A stretch of 64,000 nucleotides of DNA from Oopsacas minuta (lineage: Eukaryota; Animalia; Porifera). Position 1 is the stretch's first letter; each line of letters opens with the position of its first letter. The stretch covers positions 558,001 to 622,000 of the forward strand of contig JAKMXF010000365.1 of assembly GCA_024704765.1 (NCBI GenBank). Reading direction: 5' to 3'. A program made the position numbers and the translations under genes. Below, one piece after another: positions 59,101-64,000 of the stretch. Under the pieces are notes generated by a model. The model did not search any database and was not told the DNA's origin. It worked only from the letters and a program-made list of their open reading frames with translations.

Positions 59101-61322
59101 TCCAAACAAATACGGTTTATTTTTGTGGGAAGATTACGACGATTACTTAACATTGTAGTGTACTTTTATGGCTCGTCTTATAGGAGTTGGGAGGACTTCT
59201 CTATTATATTATTGAAGTTACAAATTATTGGGTTTTACGCACTATAGGTTATTGGCAACTTTAACATTATATGGTGGTTAGTTTGAATAAATGAATTTGA
59301 TGGTGTAATTTTATTTGATATGGTTGTTAATTTGTTAGAGGTAGCAATTTCATGCTACCTGTCTTTTTCTGTTTTCCTAAAAATTAAATATACAATTTAG
59401 AATGCTTACAACTTCCGTTGATAATAGTGTATTAGGCAAGAACAATGTAAAAGCTCTTGTGAGTGGTCTGTCATGATTATTTTTTTAAGTTTTATATGTT
59501 GTTATTTACTTTCTAAAAATAGCATCATATTTGACGAATTGAGACTCTATTCTTTGAAAATAATTTTCTTGCAGATAATTGTCTATTGTATGCTTCCAAT
59601 AAATTCCACCTTGTACCATGTGATAATTCTATTCATTATACCAAAGATAGATGATTGATTAAGTACAACGATTCTATTTTGTCAAATATGCGACATCTAA
59701 CACCTACCAAGTGGCTCATATGATAAAATGTCATTCAGTAAAATATTTTTCTAGTTTGACGCATGAACTGTTTCATTCAACTAATCCGCACGTTATATAC
59801 ATGTGATTGATCTAGTATTGTTAATAACGGTCTGATGAAATTGAATTGAATGCTCTTTCTGACCAAAAATGTAAGAATATCTATCTATTTTAAATTTTTA
59901 TTCATTGACCATCGATTGAATGATCTAATTAACAAAAGCCTCTATTCTTAGTTACTAATAAGGTGATAATTTAGTTAATTCTGTAAATGAACTGAAGATT
60001 CAATACCCTGTTCTTCTGCATTATGTGATCTTCACCATACACAATGTTACACAAAAATAGAACATGCTTAATACCATGCAACACTACATCTAACAAGTTT
60101 CATCATGTATTGTGGGATTTACTGAATGTAATTACAATCACTAATATTTGGTTATTACGTACTACATATCTCTCTTCAATTTTCTGGATTTGGAAAGATT
60201 CTAAAATTTTTTACTATTAATTAAAGTTGCTCTTTTATGTAGAGTCTAATGAAATGTGCTATGTCTCTCACGGAGGGATTAGTGTATCTGCACTCAACTA
60301 CACAAACTAATGGTTCTAGCAAACCAGCAGTAGCACATAGAGATCTCAAGAGTAAGAATATCCTCATTAAATCTGATCATTCAGTAGCAATAGGTGATAT
60401 GGGGATGGCTGTTAAGTTTGAATCTGGTCAAGTTCCGGATATCCATGAAATACAGGAACAGGTAGGTACCATAAGGTACATGGCCCCCGAAGTGCTAGAT
60501 GGAGCTATTAACTTTACTAAAGAGGCGTTCTTACAAATAGACATGTACTCGTTTGGACTTGTGCTATGGGAGATCATATCCAGATATACGGATAGCGGTT
60601 AGTTCGCAATAATATAATTTTAATATATTTTTCAAATATTTTACTTTTGAATAAATATTAGGCAATTGTCCAAGTTATCACCAACCATTTGATTCGCTTG
60701 TAAGCCCGAATCCATCTCCGAGAGAAATGAAAGAGGTTGTACTTGAAAAGAACATAAGACCTCCAATAAGAGATGATATACTCAAGTACCCTGTAAGCTA
60801 ATTCTATTTTCTATACAATTCTAGTTAACTAGCAACTTCACATAAACTATTCCATAGTACTTCAAGATGATAGTCCAAACTATTTCTGAATGTTGGGACA
60901 GCGAGCCTCTTAGCAGATTGTCAGCTGCTTGTGTGAAAGAGCGATTAAGTTCTCTACAAAAGCAGTTAAAACAAAATCAACCTCTGTCAGGGCCTGTCAA
61001 ACCAGTTGTCAATACTCTAGGCAAACCGAACTCTGCAGAGATGCAGTTAATGATTCAACATTCTGTATCTAATATGACGTCATTGGAATTTGCTCGCTAT
61101 ACGAACATGCACATAAATCAGAGCTCCAGCATGTCTAATGTATCCGGCAAGACAGCAGACGCTGCTCCGAACCCTTACACTTGTAATCGTCAATCTCTTA
61201 GTATGTTTGTTACTCCCAGTACTGGTCAATTTGAAAACGGTCTATCTCCCGTTCTACAGAAGCATAACAGTCTACCTTCTATCTCTGACGTATCCGGACA
61301 ATCCTCAACCTCATCTAACTAA
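56124..61322 (+). CDS. TGF-beta family type II receptor (activin receptor II-like); exons 56124-56579, 57708-57973, 58049-58216, 58332-58409, 60243-60597, 60662-60792, 60858-61322; signal-peptide exon not located
   Basis: Cys-rich ectodomain ending CCCKGNLCN, one TM, no GS box; kinase VAVKIF, HENLLKFI, AHRDLKSKNIL, GTIRYMAPEVLDGAINF, DMYSFGLVLWEI, CWD.EP..RLSA.CV.ER. Confidence 0.92.
56969..57660. mobile_element. hAT (Charlie/Buster-type) non-autonomous element, 692 bp, in a receptor intron
   Basis: Perfect 15-bp TIRs cagtgttccgcaacc / ggttgcggaacactg; the 8-bp flanks match at only 5 of 8 positions (atttttat / ttttacat). Confidence 0.75.
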
Positions 61323-61740
61323 TCATACATACAACGTCCTCACTACCCCATTTTAATTCATTTGAATAGATTCTTATCCAGCTGGTGTTAATATTGTTAC
61401 CACCACCACTTTATTAGCATTCATTGGATCAGTTTATATACATATTCTTAATAATTGTATATTTTGTAAACATACATAGATTGTTTGTATAGATTTGTAT
61501 CTTTATTTTCAAATACAATCATTAAATATTGAATAATTGTTATATCTCAGAATTTGTGTGACTAATTTAAATTTTGAAAAATTCAGATACTTATGTGGAT
61601 GTCGCCGCACTTGCTGTAAAATTTCGCGTGAATTTAATATTTGTTTCTGTATAGTTTCCATTGATTGTAGAGTAGAGTCTGAAGGAATGAACCATGGATG
61701 GGGCTGGATTGAACTGTATTAAATTCCGATCTGGTGGCAG

Positions 61741-61748
61741 TATAAAAG
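61741..61748 (+). promoter_or_regulatory. Candidate TATA box of the Pax gene
   Basis: TATAAAAG preceded by a G-richer patch, about 130 nt upstream of the predicted ATG at 61875; motif match only. Confidence 0.3.
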
Positions 61749-61874
61749 AATCACCAGTATCACGTAGTGCTTCAGTTATTTCTGCAACTTTGATAATTGA
61801 CTTTTACAACCTAATCATTTCTTATTTACACAATACAATAATCATCTTCACTTATTGATACTGAAAATACTTTA

Positions 61875-64000
61875 ATGGAAAGAGCAGGTGAGTTTGTATA
61901 AAGTTGATATAGTTATTTCTTGCTTAGGCTTCATAATTATTCGAAAATGTTTATTTCCTGACTATTCGCATTTACGGATGACTCACATTATTTACTTTAC
62001 GAATTTCGATTAATCATTGTGACTGGTAACTATTGTTATCACAATAATAGCAAGTAAGTATCCGTTTCCCATATGTTTATTCTTCAAAGAACATGTAATA
62101 TCAGTATATCATTTCCAAATGAATAATTGTAATGGTTGGGTAAGAATAAATAAATCTTCTTTTAGAGAAAGTAGAGGAACCTTCACTTTCTCCATCAGAT
62201 CATGAAGATGAAGATTTGGAAGATATTCAATCTGATCCAGCCAAGTCTACAGGTTCATTTAATCAGCTTGGAGGATTCTATGTGAATGGAAAACCTCTGA
62301 ACATAAAGTTGCGTGTACAAATTATTCACCTAGCATCTGTTGGCATGAGGGCCTGTGATATCAGTAAAAATCTCAAAGTATCTCATGGCTGTGTTAGCAA
62401 GATCATCACGAGGTACTTTATAGTTAATTATATATTTCTGGGAAAAATGATCTATATGGGGGCAAATAATTTTTTGCATAGTTTATTCATAACTTTTTTC
62501 TGATAGAAAAAACTGCTAAAATTTTGTGAGGTGTAAAATTAGATTTCCAATATCTCTCCAATTTGTAGTTTCATTTATTTCAGCTAGCTAAAGTATAGAT
62601 GTGCGATAATAATTTATTCCGAGCGTTGTAAATATATGAAAGTACTTGTAAGTTTTCTGAAAATCCCAATTTTCGTTTTCAGGTAATTTATTTGTTGAAT
62701 GTATTACACCGTCTATGAATATACGTTATAAAGTTGGTAATCTAATATAATTATTTTACAAATCTGGCCATTAGATATACGTAGTGTAACATATATGTAT
62801 TCTTAAAAAATTACTTTCATTTGTTCATATGATAATATTATATTATTCTTACAACTCAAATATATATGATTGAAATGGAAATACAATTCTGATATTTGTA
62901 GACTACTTTATAAGATCCATACAAAATTCTTACCATCCTCAGAATTTCGGAAAAATATTTTGTCATCGAGCAAACCAACTGTATAAATTTGCATATAATT
63001 AAGTTACTAATGATTGTGTTCATTTCAGATACAAGGAGACTGGCTCTATAAATCCAGGATTTATTGGAGGCAGTAAACCAAAGGTAGCTACCCCTGAAGT
63101 TGTTGCCAAAGTAGCTGACTACAGAATTAGGTTCCCTGGAATATTCGGTTGGGAAATAAGAAGCAAGCTAATTGAAGACAAGGTACTGTAATTTATATTA
63201 TCTCTAAGCTTTAACTTGATTTAATTCTCATAATTTATAGATTTGTGAAGAGAAGAGTATTCCTTCTATCAGCTCAATCAACCGTATTGTAAGGTCATTG
63301 GAGAACAGGGACCATTCGTTTTTAGCTGTGAGTCCTTAATTTAATAGTGACCCGAAAATATTTCAATATTTTATGAATAATTCATATAATAGGAACTGGG
63401 TTCTCCTCTCTCGCCTCTATCCTTCCCAAACCAAGATATTTCCAACACCATATCCCCACCTCATCATCCAATGGAACATCATTTCCAGAGTCCTAAATAC
63501 CTCTCTCATCTCTCAAAGCAATACACTTCACCTCACAAAGAGGCAGTAACTAGTTACACATCCTCTATTTCCCAGTACACCAGCAGGTACAAGTCTTGTC
63601 CTAACAAACCAGCGATGCATGGAAGTGAGGTATCCAAACCTCCCTGTAGATATTCCTCTCTCTCCAAACGACATAAAGGTAGAATTAATAAGTTAAAATA
63701 TCACACTAGTAGATTTAATACAATCATTTTATTCATAGCTAATACTACTACTGCAGCTAACCGTAACATATCTCAAACCAAACAACCTCATGACTCATCT
63801 TCTAACAGTAGTTACGAGGAGGTAAGTATTTAGAATAATATATTTACTGTCAATATACTATATTCACTGTTATATTTCAGTTCATCCCTCTCCCGCAGAA
63901 CTGGTCTAACTCCACACAGGACAGCGGTGTGTGGAGCGATTTGTCTGACACTTATCCTAACTATCCTCTCTGTCACCCATACAAACCTTCATGTAAACGT
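61875..64000 (+). CDS. Paired-box transcription factor (3' end outside window); exons 61875-61887, 62166-62412, 63029-63182, 63241-63327, 63393-63678, 63739-63821, 63881->64000
   Basis: [33 protein letters not shown]|[38 protein letters not shown]; phase-consistent GT-AG introns; no homeodomain visible in the window. Confidence 0.95.

Noticed and set aside
1-64000. tRNA, rRNA, snRNA, CRISPR arrays and prokaryotic or horizontally transferred islands
   Set aside because: No T-loop/cloverleaf, rRNA-like or repeat-spacer patterns were found by eye; all identified genes are eukaryotic types. A covariance-model scan was not possible.

Overview
AT-rich, gene-dense eukaryotic (animal) genomic DNA. 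The 53-79 nt GT-AG introns, many intronless housekeeping genes and orphan multi-pass membrane genes suggest a compact early-branching metazoan, possibly a glass sponge such as Oopsacas (inference only). About 21 protein-coding genes are present: PIGT (5' partial), two related orphan ~7TM proteins, GET4, a GLUT8-like sugar transporter, FAM50, an archaemetzincin, a Frizzled/Smoothened-like GPCR, LAMTOR2, ATPAF2, CDS, DTD2, PIK3C3/Vps34, MCM4, DARS1, a TRPM-like channel, an ETS factor, an LRR protein, NSUN7-like, SAC1, an activin type II-like receptor and a Pax gene (3' partial). I rebuilt DARS1 by hand as a 20-exon, ~17 kb gene that the ORF track almost entirely misses. The intronless TRPM-like gene lies wholly inside DARS1 intron 5 on the opposite strand. 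Other highlights: a 397-bp near-perfect inverted duplication of an orphan 7TM gene abutting the GET4 start; a perfect 22-bp hairpin in an MCM4 intron; a Harbinger-type MITE inserted in another repeat whose empty site is also in the window; a recurrent splice-acceptor-like signal just upstream of start codons (possible trans-splicing/operons); and an all-or-none pattern of intron loss. No tRNA, rRNA or CRISPR features were recognised. All exon coordinates were derived manually and may be off by a few bases.
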